From assembly GCA_902605755.1 (NCBI GenBank), contig CACLDR010000002.1, forward strand, positions 44,832 through 108,831: a DNA stretch of 64,000 nucleotides. Direction: 5' to 3'. Shown here one piece after another: positions 1 through 10,211 of the stretch; position 1 is the first letter of the stretch, and each line of letters begins with the position of its first letter. Under the pieces are notes generated by a model. It searched no databases. It saw only the letters and a program-made list of their open reading frames with translations, and was not told the DNA's origin. The translations under genes and the position numbers were made by a program. The DNA is from an uncultured Marinoscillum sp. (lineage in GTDB: Bacteria; Bacteroidota; Bacteroidia; Cytophagales; Cyclobacteriaceae).

Positions 1-2132
1 TTGCCCAACTTTATGCTCATGCAGATGTAGAATTTGAACCTTCCTCTGGAGGACGTATGATGAACAGCCATTACGGAACCAGATCCCTCGATCCCTTGGG
101 ACAATGGAAAAACTTAACAAATCAAATAAATTCAAGCTCTGACATATCTCCCACAGCATCACAAATGCCCAGATTACTAGGGCTTGCTTTCGCCTCTAAA
201 TTATTCAGAAAAAACAAAGCACTCTACGATTTTAGGCAATTTTCAAACGAGGGAAACGAAGTAGCTTTTGGCACTATAGGAAATGCTTCAACATCTGAAG
301 GCCATTTTTTTGAAGTTATGAATGCAGCCGGAATTCTACAAGTTCCTTTGGTATTAGCGGTTTGGGATGATGGTTATGGTATTTCCGTGCCCAATAGCAT
401 TCACACCATTAAAGAAAGTATTTCAAAAATAATGGAAGGCTTTCAACGCGCGGATAATACCAATGGTATTGAAATCTTAGTTGCTAGAGGTTGGAATTAT
501 CTAGAAATGTCGATTGTCTTTGAAAAAGCTACATCCCTTGCCAGAGAGAAGCATGTGCCTTGTTTGATCCATATTACAGAGCTTACCCAACCCCAGGGAC
601 ACTCCACCTCGGGTTCTCATGAACGCTATAAATCTAAAGAACGCTTACGATGGGAAAGTAAATTTGATTGTAACCTAAAGATGAGGGAATGGATACTTGC
701 AGAAAAAATTGCTGATGAAGCTACACTTTATGAAATTGAGAAAGAGGCTAAAACAACGGCTAAAAACGCACGCAATGCTGCTTCATCAAATTATTTTCGA
801 GAAATTAAATCAGATCAAAAACAAGCATTAGCTCTCATAGAAAAAATAATCAATGAATCTCAACACAAAATACAACTTACTAATATTTACAATGATCTCG
901 AGCAAAATATATTCCCTTTAAAATCAGATGTCATAAAAGCATGCACATCCATCATTCGAACTTTGGCAAAATATGAGGACGTAAATAAGCAAGACCTAAA
1001 AAATTGGCTAGCAATACAAAAAGAAAAATACTCTAGGGACTACAGCTCTCACTTGATCAGTGAATCCGAAGATTCCGCCCTCAAAATAAATGAGGTCAAA
1101 CCATTCTATAAAAAGGATGCACAATGGGTCGATGGAAGAAAAATTCTTAACCTTTGTTTTGATCACCACTTATCAAATAATTCCCTATTAATAGCACTGG
1201 GCGAAGATGTGGGTAAGATAGGAGACGTTAATCAAGGGTTTGCGGGAATGCAAAATAAACATGGTAATCTACGGGTCATTGATACAGGAATTCGTGAAAA
1301 TGCGATCATCGGTAAGGGAATTGGTGCGGCATTACGAGGCCTGAGACCTATAGTAGAAATTCAATACTTAGACTATTTACTATATTCCATGCAAATATTA
1401 TCTGATGATCTGGCCACCACACATCACCGCACCAAGGGAGGACAAAAAGCACCTCTTATTATAAGAACGAGAGGACACCGACTCGAAGGAATGTGGCATT
1501 CTGGATCTCCAATGGGAATGATTTTGAATGCTGTGAGAGGTATTCATATAGCAGTACCTAGAAATATGACGCAAGCCGTTGGATTTTACAATACACTTCT
1601 TGCCTCAGATGACCCTGCTATAATTGTTGAGACACTCAATGGTTATCGGCTTAAAGAAAAAATTCCAAATAATTTATTCGAAATAAAAACCCCTTTGGGA
1701 ATCCCTGAAATATTACGAGAAGGAGAAGACTTAACGGTAGTTACGTATGGCTCTATGTGCAGAATTGTTATGGAAGTTGCAGCAGAGCTCGCTGAGCTAA
1801 AAATATTTATTGAAATTATTGATGTTCAAACCTTACTCCCTTTCGATCTTTCCAAGACCACAGTAAAGTCACTACAGAAAACCAATGCAGTTTTATTCAT
1901 TGATGAAGATGTCCCAGGTGGTGCTACAGCCTACATGATGCAACAAGTATTGGATAGAGATGGTGGCTATCAATGGCTCGATGTGTCACCTAAAACCTTA
2001 ACTGCCAAAAATCATAGGCCCACTTATGGTAGTGATGGTGATTACTTCTCTAAACCAAATTCTGAAGAAGTTTTTGAGGTTATTTACGGGGTAATGAATG
2101 AAAAATATCCCGAAAAATATCCCAAAATCTAA
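1..2132 (+). CDS. Fused E1 alpha/beta component of a TPP-dependent 2-oxoacid (branched-chain/pyruvate type) dehydrogenase; 5' end lies outside the window
   Basis: Frame 3 is open from base 3 (AQLYAHADVEFEPSSGGR precedes the first Met), so the gene starts upstream. The N-terminal half has an E1-alpha TPP-binding region (GTIGNASTSEGHFFEVMNAAG...AVWDDGYGISVP). The C-terminal half is E1-beta/transketolase-like (RVIDTGIRENAIIGKGIGAAL...IVETLNGYR). Confidence 0.85.
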   Translation, partial: AQLYAHADVEFEPSSGGRMMNSHYGTRSLDPLGQWKNLTNQINSSSDISPTASQMPRLLGLAFASKLFRKNKALYDFRQFSNEGNEVAFGTIGNASTSEGHFFEVMNAAGILQVPLVLAVWDDGYGISVPNSIHTIKESISKIMEGFQRADNTNGIEILVARGWNYLEMSIVFEKATSLAREKHVPCLIHITELTQPQGHSTSGSHERYKSKERLRWESKFDCNLKMREWILAEKIADEATLYEIEKEAKTTAKNARNAASSNYFREIKSDQKQALALIEKIINESQHKIQLTNIYNDLEQNIFPLKSDVIKACTSIIRTLAKYEDVNKQDLKNWLAIQKEKYSRDYSSHLISESEDSALKINEVKPFYKKDAQWVDGRKILNLCFDHHLSNNSLLIALGEDVGKIGDVNQGFAGMQNKHGNLRVIDTGIRENAIIGKGIGAALRGLRPIVEIQYLDYLLYSMQILSDDLATTHHRTKGGQKAPLIIRTRGHRLEGMWHSGSPMGMILNAVRGIHIAVPRNMTQAVGFYNTLLASDDPAIIVETLNGYRLKEKIPNNLFEIKTPLGIPEILREGEDLTVVTYGSMCRIVMEVAAELAELKIFIEIIDVQTLLPFDLSKTTVKSLQKTNAVLFIDEDVPGGATAYMMQQVLDRDGGYQWLDVSPKTLTAKNHRPTYGSDGDYFSKPNSEEVFEVIYGVMNEKYPEKYPKI

Positions 2133-2133
2133 A

Positions 2134-2910
2134 CTAGTCTCTGGTTATATTTACCAAAACGAAGTCTGGAGTTTCTACAACATTGCTTTTATTTAAATTT
2201 CGATCATAGATATAGAAACTCATCATAATCGAATCATTTCTAAAAGTTTGTTGAAATCCTTGAGATAGCATTGAGAAGGAAATATCTCCCTTCAGTGTTT
2301 TTCCTATATTTTCTCTATCAAAAACGGGAATTCTGGAATTAAAAAATTCAACACAACCACCCTGACTGAAATCATCATTAATTAATTGATATTCACCTCT
2401 TATTTTTTTATAAAAGTTAACATAAATGTTTTTGTTAAATATGTTTTTTTTAATTAAAAAAGTGTCTACTTGATCCGTATCTACCGGATCCGTATTTAAA
2501 TCAGTAGTAACTAAATAGTCCGCGCAACCAAATTCAGGCAATGTTTGATCAAAGTCATAATTGCCCGACAAAACTACTTCACCACCATAAGATGTTGCCA
2601 AAATGAGAGGTTCATTAAAACTTGATTGACCATACTCGATCAAAAAATACTCTGATTCCCTCTCTTGGACAACATAATTAAAAGTGTGATAAGGTGGATA
2701 AACTTCATCTATGTCAAGACCAATATCCCCATCTCCATCTTCGAAATTGAAAGTTAAAATCAAACTATCAGCGGCACCGTCAACTTCGACAAACTCAATC
2801 CGTTTAAAGGAAATAACCGGCTCATCAGGCATATATGGAGGGTCATAGCAACCAGTAAATAGCGTTAAAAAGATGAAAAAACTTAAATATTTAACTATAT
2901 TGTTTAACAT
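2134..2910 (-). CDS. Hypothetical lipoprotein
   Basis: Long ORF with a signal peptide and lipobox (FIFLTLFTGC). ATG at 2910 is preferred over the TTG at 2922 used by the ORF track. No family recognised. Confidence 0.6.
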   Translation of the reverse strand: MLNNIVKYLSFFIFLTLFTGCYDPPYMPDEPVISFKRIEFVEVDGAADSLILTFNFEDGDGDIGLDIDEVYPPYHTFNYVVQERESEYFLIEYGQSSFNEPLILATSYGGEVVLSGNYDFDQTLPEFGCADYLVTTDLNTDPVDTDQVDTFLIKKNIFNKNIYVNFYKKIRGEYQLINDDFSQGGCVEFFNSRIPVFDRENIGKTLKGDISFSMLSQGFQQTFRNDSIMMSFYIYDRNLNKSNVVETPDFVLVNITRD

Positions 2911-2997
2911 AATCGCTAGCAAAGTAAAGGTATTTACCTGTAATAAGGTATAACTTTATCTTTACACTTTTTTACAACTAAATAATTAATTTATCAT

Positions 2998-3966
2998 ATG
3001 AGTTTCTATAAAGATTTCAAAAATACACTTATAGACATTACCGATGATAACTTCGATGACAGGAGTCTCGCTTTGTTTGATTATCAGTATCACACTAACG
3101 AAATATATAATTCTTATTGTTCCCATCTAAAAATAAAAAAAAGTAAAATTCAAGAGCTAGAAGATATCCCCTTTTTACCAATCGAATTTTTCAAGAATTA
3201 TGAAATAAAATCAGAGAATTGGACTCCTGAGAAAATATTTTTTTCTAGTGGAACAACAAAAGGTATTAAAAGTCGAAATATAGTGCGTGATCTCGATTTT
3301 TTTCTTCAAATGGCCAAAATAACTTATGAACAATTTTATGGCTCATTAGATCAACAGATTATACTAGCACTCCTTCCTTCCTATTTGGAGCAGGGTCATT
3401 CCTCATTGATCGAAATGGTTAATTATTTTCTTAATCATGCCCAAAAAAAATCCAGATATATCGATACCAAAACTACAAAATTGAGACATTTACTTAATGA
3501 TGATACTAAAAAAATGCTCATTGGAGTAAGTTATGCTTTGCTGGACTTAGCTGCCATAAATCCTGGAAGTAAAAACTTATCAATAATGGAAACAGGAGGA
3601 ATGAAAGGCAGAAAAAAGGAAATAGTAAGAGAACATCTGCATAGTATGATCTCTAAAGGATTTCATCCAAAAAATCTTTTTACTGAATACGGTATGACTG
3701 AGCTTTACACCCAAGCATATGCTAAAGAGAATGGAAACTTAATGTTTCCCAATTGGGCAAGGTGTTTGATTAGAGACATAAATGATCCTTTCACTTATGC
3801 TAAAAAAGAAATGACAGGAGGAATAAATATAATTGATTTGGCTAATATCAGCACATGTGCCTTTATTGAAACCAAAGACTTAGGTAGAAACGTGGATGGA
3901 TTTAAATTTAAGGTAATGGGTCGTTTTGACGATAGCGATACAAGAGGCTGTAACCAATTATTCTGA
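2998..3966 (+). CDS. LuxE/PaaK-like acyl-protein synthetase (adenylate-forming enzyme family)
   Basis: 322-aa ORF with FFSSGTTKGIKSRNIV (SSGTTG-type AMP-binding loop), METGGMKGRKKE and YGMTEL motifs, as in LuxE-family proteins. Confidence 0.7.
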   Translation: MSFYKDFKNTLIDITDDNFDDRSLALFDYQYHTNEIYNSYCSHLKIKKSKIQELEDIPFLPIEFFKNYEIKSENWTPEKIFFSSGTTKGIKSRNIVRDLDFFLQMAKITYEQFYGSLDQQIILALLPSYLEQGHSSLIEMVNYFLNHAQKKSRYIDTKTTKLRHLLNDDTKKMLIGVSYALLDLAAINPGSKNLSIMETGGMKGRKKEIVREHLHSMISKGFHPKNLFTEYGMTELYTQAYAKENGNLMFPNWARCLIRDINDPFTYAKKEMTGGINIIDLANISTCAFIETKDLGRNVDGFKFKVMGRFDDSDTRGCNQLF

Positions 3967-4071
3967 CTAAAGCTGTAGTTAATAAAAATAAGAATATCCA
4001 GATAAATTTGAAGCCAAAAAATGGATTTTGATAAAAAAAAAGATAACTTCACAGTATAAATAATTGAAGTT

Positions 4072-4197
4072 ATGAAAAAAATTTTATTAATAAGTTTTAT
4101 TCTGGCCTTAATGGGTGCTTGTACACAAAAATTATGCCCTACATATTCACAAGTAGATACGGTTGAAGTGGATCGTGTAAAGACATCTAAGGCTTGA
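4072..4197 (+). CDS. Possible 41-aa mini-lipoprotein (below the ORF-track size cutoff)
   Basis: My translation is MKKILLISFILALMGACTQKLCPTYSQVDTVEVDRVKTSKA. It has a classic signal peptide and lipobox (LMGAC). Its 3' end overlaps the convergent regulator gene by 11 nt. Confidence 0.35.
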   Translation: MKKILLISFILALMGACTQKLCPTYSQVDTVEVDRVKTSKA

Positions 4198-5362
4198 TGA
4201 GCTTTTTTAAATTAGTATGAAAATTAATGTCTTTGGCCGAAATTTCATTTTCGCAAAGAATTACCAACCGTTCAATAACATTCCTTAACTCCCTTATATT
4301 GCCTGGCCACATATATTGGCTCAAAAGTTCCCGGGCATCAGGTTTTATCACTTTCAAAGGTACTCCATAAGCGCTGCAAACTTCTTTTAAAAAGTAATCA
4401 GTTAACGTGAAAATGTCCTGAGAACGATCTCTTAAGGAAGGAACTTCGATCAAAATAACACTTATTCGGTGGTATAAATCTTCTCTAAAATTACCATTAA
4501 TGATCTCATATTTTAAATTTTTGTTGGTTGCAGCTACGACTCTAACATCTACCTTAATGGATTTTTCTCCACCTACTCTTGTTATTCGATCTTCTTGTAG
4601 TGCCCTAAGTACTTTTGCCTGGGCGGCCAAACTCATATCACCAATCTCATCTAGAAACAAAGTCCCTTTATGTGCTTGCTCAAATTTACCGATACGTTGT
4701 TTGTTTGCAGAGGTGAAAGCCCCTTTTTCATGACCAAATAATTCACTCTCAATTAACTCTGATGGAATAGCTGCGCAATTTACTTCAATTAGATGCTTAT
4801 TTGAACGATAACTTTTTTCGTGAAGCCATTTTGCCACTAATTCCTTTCCCGTACCATTTTCACCTGTAATTAATACTCTCGCTTGTGTTGGAGCTACTTT
4901 TTGAATCACAGATTTAACTCTTTTAATCTGCTTTGAATCACCAATTATGTCTATAATTCCACTAATTTTATTTTTAAGTATCTTCGCTTTTTTGATTAAA
5001 TGTTCTTTTTCTAAGGCATTTTTAATGGTTAGTAATAATCGATTAAGGTCGGGTGGCTTTTCAATAAAGTCAAAAGCTCCCTTTTTAGTAGCTTCGACCG
5101 CTGTCTCAATGGTGCCTTGGGCAGTTATCATAATAAAAACTGCTGCTATTCCTTCCGAATTTGCCAAATCAAGAAGTTGAATGCCATCCATTTTTGGCAT
5201 TTTTATATCACAAAGAACTAAATCAACTTGATGTTTTTTTAAATAAGATAATCCTGCTTCACCGTCACCAGCTTGCCCCACCCAGTGACCCTCAAATTCA
5301 AGGATTTCAATTAGAGTATCTCTAATACTCTTTTCATCATCAACAATTAAAATATGAGCCAT
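4187..5362 (-). CDS. Sigma-54-dependent response regulator (REC + AAA+ domains) without a recognisable C-terminal HTH
   Basis: REC domain (ILIVDDE...DLVLCDIKMPKMDG), Walker A GENGTGKE, GAFTGA-type loop (GHEKGAFTSA) and WPGNIRELRNVIERL. Only about 24 residues follow the AAA+ domain. Confidence 0.9.
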   Translation of the reverse strand: MAHILIVDDEKSIRDTLIEILEFEGHWVGQAGDGEAGLSYLKKHQVDLVLCDIKMPKMDGIQLLDLANSEGIAAVFIMITAQGTIETAVEATKKGAFDFIEKPPDLNRLLLTIKNALEKEHLIKKAKILKNKISGIIDIIGDSKQIKRVKSVIQKVAPTQARVLITGENGTGKELVAKWLHEKSYRSNKHLIEVNCAAIPSELIESELFGHEKGAFTSANKQRIGKFEQAHKGTLFLDEIGDMSLAAQAKVLRALQEDRITRVGGEKSIKVDVRVVAATNKNLKYEIINGNFREDLYHRISVILIEVPSLRDRSQDIFTLTDYFLKEVCSAYGVPLKVIKPDARELLSQYMWPGNIRELRNVIERLVILCENEISAKDINFHTNLKKLIKP

Positions 5363-5380
5363 ATTATTACAATTAAATTA

Positions 5381-5741
5381 GGCAAGCAAATAAGCCGGGT
5401 TCTGTACTCTATTAAGAAGAATCTTAATACTGTCCCATCATTTATCTAGTTCCAAAATCACTTTTGAAATCGAACGGTCTACCCTTCTTGCATGAGCGAG
5501 TAACTCTTAATCGCAAGATCTATTTGACCTTTCAGCCCGTAAGGTTTACATTGCGCCTCAACTCACGCTGAGACCGGTGAGCTCTTACCCCACCTTTTCA
5601 CCCTTATCTCAAACAAGTTAAGACGGTATATTTTCTGTTGCACTATCTCCTTTTACAAAAAAAGACTTCCAATTAAGAAGTACGGTACTCTGTGCTGCCC
5701 GGACTTTCCTCCTCAACATTGAGGCGATGAGCTCGCTTGCC
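5381..5741 (-). ncRNA. rnpB: RNase P RNA, bacterial type A
   Basis: The minus strand reads GGCAAGCGAGCTCATCGCC...GAGGAGGAAAGTCCGGGCAGCACAGAG (universal P4 5' strand GAGGAAAGUCCGGGC) and later ACAGAACCCGGCTTATTTGCTTGCC (P4 3' strand ACAGAACCCGGCUUA). The termini GGCAAGC and GCTTGCC pair as P1. It lies in a 450-nt ORF-free gap. Confidence 0.85.
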
Positions 5742-5814
5742 CCACAAACTTAACAATTAAGGCTCCTTTTTTTAAGTCTATCATAAAAAAAAAATCTCCT
5801 TAAAAAATTGAAAT

Positions 5815-8800
5815 TTATTTCTTAATATCATTAATAAATAATCCTTTGAGCTTATCAAATGATTTTACATACTGCAAACTAATACCACCCTCAACTGAAT
5901 TTTCATTTGCATAATTATAGGGATTATTTTGTCTGAAAATTTTTAATCTTAATCTTCCATCCTCGGTCAAGAAGTAATCAAAGGACCAATCCCCTAAAAT
6001 ATTATTTGTAGAACTTGGTTGATTTTGATTGTTATTCACTGCACTGGCCCCTGCTAAACGTAAACGCCCCTCTAAAAAAGTATAGGCCAATCTCAACTCA
6101 ACCGTCTCAACTGCTGATTCATCTAGGCCCAACAAATCTACACTTACTTCAAGATTATCATCAACTTGATTCAGCCAATAACTCAATTGATTACTAATGA
6201 ATTCACTGACACTATTTCCAAAACCTTGTCCTATTTGCTCAGAGGAAGGAAGTTGATTACTAGGAGATAATTGTCTCAAAATCAATAAACTAAAAACTTG
6301 ACGTTTCAACTCTTGCTCATTTGAATTAATGGCCGTAAGAATATCATACCAATCAGTATCGCTATTAGATACGGTACTATTTTCCTCAAACTTAAGTTCA
6401 AAATCAATTTCAGGATTAACCACAGGCCCGTTGAGTTTAAGAACAACCAATATGGGACTTTTTTTTCCAAATCTCTGAGATTGACCAGCCCAAGATGACA
6501 GATCTACTAATTGTCTATAATTAGCCTCCAAAGACATGATTCCTTGGTAGGGGTCACCAAAAAATGAGACCATACCTCCGGGTTGAATTTCAAATTCTTT
6601 ATTTAAAACATTTGAAGTCCAATTGTAGGCTCCCTCCAGTATCTCAAATTGACCAAGTACCTCAAAGAGACCATCGGAGTTAACACTCAACTGTAAATTT
6701 CCTTGTCCCTTACCTCTAATAATGTCTCCAGTTTGCTCATTGAAAATCAATTCTCCATATGCATCCCGAGTAATCTCAAGATTCATATTTACTTGAAACC
6801 CTTTATTACCTTTTTTGCGATCTGTTAGATTAATCAGCGGAGTAGTGGTATCTGTTTGATTGACAAAATTGATATAATCCTGGCTTTCAAAATTCATTTG
6901 ATTGTCTATAGGTATCTTAATACGTGTTTTCCCATCAGTTTGAATATTTGTATCAAAAATTAGATTATTGAATGGACCACTTATACGTATGTGTCCACTA
7001 CCAAAGACATTACCGTAATACAGAGTGTTTTGATTTCGACTTGTGTTTAGGATCTCAAGGTTCCGAAAATCTACTTTTACATCTAGGGCCTTAACTTTAA
7101 TATTCTCATGGATTAATTGGCCTGTGAGAAAGCCTTCAGATCCAAATCTGTCAAATATTTCGATTTGATCAAAATAAACCATGTCTTGATCGAATATTGT
7201 AGCTCCGGAAAATTTATAATTAGTATTTAAATAATCGACAGTCGCTACTCCTCGAGAAAACGCTGCCTGTCCATTGAACTTAGGATTATCTACAAGACCC
7301 TCAATTCTTAATTTGCCTGAAGCAACTCCATCAATCTCTGAGATCCTTTTTTGAAAGAATGGTACCAACCAATTAATTCGCATTTCGTTAAATTCCACAT
7401 TTAAGCTGAGTTGGTCCTCTTGATTACTAGGAAATACATAACCAAATAATCTACCTCCCCCATATGAGCCAGACTCTATCTTAATATCAGTGTATAATCC
7501 ATTTTCTTTTGGCTTCCAATTAATAACTCCCTGCAAATCTCCTATATCTAGCTCTTCAAGTTGAAGTCCTAACAAATTGAATTGACCATCTAGGTGCCAA
7601 GGCTGTTCAATATTTAATCGTTTTATTTTCCCAATGAATGATAAAATACCATCCCATTTATGGGACAGAAAAGAGCCCATATTTTGCACACCGAAATTTG
7701 TTATTTCAAAATAAATTTCAGATGATTTATCATTTGAAATTACACCTTCTAATGCTATTAGGTCAGAATCATTGGAAATTTCGACATCCTTAAGTTTAAG
7801 CTGTTCTTTGGAGATAGTAATTTGGTTACCCTTATTTACTTTCCAAATTTTATTAAACCAATTAATCTCCGCATTCAAAAACTTAGTGTCTATTTCCTCC
7901 TCACCAAAAATAGATTGCGTATTCAAAATTAAAAATGAATTTTTCGACGGCTGCACTATCTTTAAATCGCCAGTTAAGGTGTCTGAAAATAATGATAATG
8001 AAATATTAAGATCTGAGGTTTCCGGGAGACTGAACCATTTCTGCCCTTTTGAAGACAACACCACTTGTCCATCAATAGGATTACTATGATTTATACTAAA
8101 GTCAAATTCCATTTGATTTTCTAGAAACTTAAGACTATCTATTTTTAGCGAATCGCTAAAAATATTTCCAGTAAAAGAAATCCCTCTTTGGTAAGTTAAA
8201 TCAATACTTAAGCCTCCCCCAAGCTCTCGATCCAACTTAGTAAGCATTCCTATATTCCCCAAATCCTCCAAATCTACTTTCAATTTCAACTCATAATCAT
8301 TTAACGGCCGCTGCTCTAAATTTTTCTTGTTAAAATATAATTTATCTTTATAAAAATTGGCATCAGCCATCCAATCATAAATAACATTATATAGCGGAAA
8401 GTCACCAGAAGCAGATACATTAAAATTTGAATTTTTTATTTTAATCCTGTTAGATTTAATAGTATCTATTGAAATATAAATAGGGTCAAAAATTATATTT
8501 CTCCCCTTATTCAATACCTGAACATCATCCAATATGACAGTCCCTATTAAACCTGATTTTTGAAAGTCACTGATACTGATATTGGAATTTAAAGAGAAAG
8601 CTAAATAATCTTTGGAAAAATTCAAAGCTTTTAAATTTGCATAATCGAGTGCAACTTTTGCCTCAAGTTGAGGAGATTCCTGACGAAGATAGACTCCTCG
8701 TCCCCTCATTTTCAAATCCTTATCATTAGTATTAAAACTGAATTTATAATTATTCGATCGTTTATGTAAGACAATATCAACATTTTTGTATGTCTTATTT

Positions 8801-10197
8801 GAAAAAGTAAAATACTCTAATTGTGCAAATAAACTTGAATTCATAGTTTTAGCATTAGATCCAGATCCCTCAAATATCAATCTTCCAACGCTTCTTCCTG
8901 CTCTTGAATCATTTATTATTTTACCCAAATGAAAATCATCAAAATCAACTTTCCCATGATACTGAATTTTTTTAGTATTCAACAAGTTCATTACGCTAAT
9001 ATCAAGATCTATATTTCCCAGTTGATTAATTATCTCTCCTGAAATTAGCATTTCACCTTTATTTCCTTGGATGCTGCCAGCAAATTGAAGTGGTCCATGA
9101 TTGTATCCTCTGAAATAGCTTTTTAAATCTTCTTGAACCCAGTAAGAATCAATGAGTTCTAATGTAAAAAGCGCGGAATCTATCCCAGCCATCCCATTAA
9201 TTCTGCCACGAGCGTTAAACATACTCCCTGTTTCCAATTTCCCTGAGAGACTTGATATTTGAAGGTCTCTCAAATAACCTTTCATCTGCAATTCCAAAGA
9301 AATTATTCTATCATTATTTAAAAATTTATTTTGATTAAAATTTTTGGTATCTATTGTAGCGGGGCACAAAATTATATTTACAAATAAATTATCCCTCTTG
9401 AACTCTACCCAATCTCCAGAGGTTAAACTCAAATTGATTTCACTTTTGATCTCTGTTTCTCCCCATTTTAAATACATTTCACGAAGTTCTATTTGATCTC
9501 TTGTAATACCAAAAGTTCCCTTTAAATCAGAGATTTCAGTATTAAGAAAAATAGATGAATCAGCTTTTAAAGAATCTAAATGAAAGCCTATACTATCCGT
9601 AGACGCCATAATATCTATCAGCTTCATATGACTTATATTTAAGTTTAAGGAAGACGAAACCAGCATCGGATCATTTAAAGAATAATCCTTCATAGTAATC
9701 TGTAGGTCTTTAAACATCATACTTCCGATATGCACCAAAGGATTACTTTGAACAACCTTATCATCAGACTTAAGGGCCATCAGGAAGTTTTGAAAATTAA
9801 AAAGATCAGATTCCTCATATTTCATGAGATTAACCCTCATTTTATCAATAAAAATATACTCCAAACTGATAGATCTCTGTCGAAATATACTACTTAGATC
9901 AAAATCCATCTCCACATCTTCGAAAACCACCATAGGATTTTTATTTAAATCAAAAACCTGAATCTGAGAGATATGCGATCGATCCAACCAATTAATAGTT
10001 ACAGATTCAATTTTTATAGAATAGCGAGTCTTTTCGGACAAATCAGCCACAAACGATTTCACTAAATTTTCTTGTACATTTAAAAACTGCGTAAATAGAG
10101 CTAAAGTCATCAAAATGAATGATAAGAAACCCAAAGTATACAACAAATATCTTAGAGAGGATCTAGCTATATTTGTAAAATTATTGTTCGAACTCAA
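5815..10197 (-). CDS. tamB: TamB-like translocation/assembly module protein (giant AsmA-like/DUF490 family)
   Basis: 1460-aa ORF with a single N-terminal TM anchor (LLYTLGFLSFILMTLALF) and long beta-rich repetitive sequence. Its size, its C-terminal region and its divergent position next to tsaD are typical of Bacteroidota TamB. The start is a TTG, so the exact start is uncertain. Confidence 0.8.
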   Translation of the reverse strand: MSSNNNFTNIARSSLRYLLYTLGFLSFILMTLALFTQFLNVQENLVKSFVADLSEKTRYSIKIESVTINWLDRSHISQIQVFDLNKNPMVVFEDVEMDFDLSSIFRQRSISLEYIFIDKMRVNLMKYEESDLFNFQNFLMALKSDDKVVQSNPLVHIGSMMFKDLQITMKDYSLNDPMLVSSSLNLNISHMKLIDIMASTDSIGFHLDSLKADSSIFLNTEISDLKGTFGITRDQIELREMYLKWGETEIKSEINLSLTSGDWVEFKRDNLFVNIILCPATIDTKNFNQNKFLNNDRIISLELQMKGYLRDLQISSLSGKLETGSMFNARGRINGMAGIDSALFTLELIDSYWVQEDLKSYFRGYNHGPLQFAGSIQGNKGEMLISGEIINQLGNIDLDISVMNLLNTKKIQYHGKVDFDDFHLGKIINDSRAGRSVGRLIFEGSGSNAKTMNSSLFAQLEYFTFSNKTYKNVDIVLHKRSNNYKFSFNTNDKDLKMRGRGVYLRQESPQLEAKVALDYANLKALNFSKDYLAFSLNSNISISDFQKSGLIGTVILDDVQVLNKGRNIIFDPIYISIDTIKSNRIKIKNSNFNVSASGDFPLYNVIYDWMADANFYKDKLYFNKKNLEQRPLNDYELKLKVDLEDLGNIGMLTKLDRELGGGLSIDLTYQRGISFTGNIFSDSLKIDSLKFLENQMEFDFSINHSNPIDGQVVLSSKGQKWFSLPETSDLNISLSLFSDTLTGDLKIVQPSKNSFLILNTQSIFGEEEIDTKFLNAEINWFNKIWKVNKGNQITISKEQLKLKDVEISNDSDLIALEGVISNDKSSEIYFEITNFGVQNMGSFLSHKWDGILSFIGKIKRLNIEQPWHLDGQFNLLGLQLEELDIGDLQGVINWKPKENGLYTDIKIESGSYGGGRLFGYVFPSNQEDQLSLNVEFNEMRINWLVPFFQKRISEIDGVASGKLRIEGLVDNPKFNGQAAFSRGVATVDYLNTNYKFSGATIFDQDMVYFDQIEIFDRFGSEGFLTGQLIHENIKVKALDVKVDFRNLEILNTSRNQNTLYYGNVFGSGHIRISGPFNNLIFDTNIQTDGKTRIKIPIDNQMNFESQDYINFVNQTDTTTPLINLTDRKKGNKGFQVNMNLEITRDAYGELIFNEQTGDIIRGKGQGNLQLSVNSDGLFEVLGQFEILEGAYNWTSNVLNKEFEIQPGGMVSFFGDPYQGIMSLEANYRQLVDLSSWAGQSQRFGKKSPILVVLKLNGPVVNPEIDFELKFEENSTVSNSDTDWYDILTAINSNEQELKRQVFSLLILRQLSPSNQLPSSEQIGQGFGNSVSEFISNQLSYWLNQVDDNLEVSVDLLGLDESAVETVELRLAYTFLEGRLRLAGASAVNNNQNQPSSTNNILGDWSFDYFLTEDGRLRLKIFRQNNPYNYANENSVEGGISLQYVKSFDKLKGLFINDIKK

Positions 10198-10211
10198 TTA
10201 TGTGTATTTAA

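Noticed and set aside
4187-5814. Sigma-54 (-24/-12) promoters near the enhancer-binding protein gene and elsewhere
   Set aside because: The TGGCAC occurrences I spotted (for example near 270 and 16501) lack a TTGC element at the correct spacing and lie inside coding regions.
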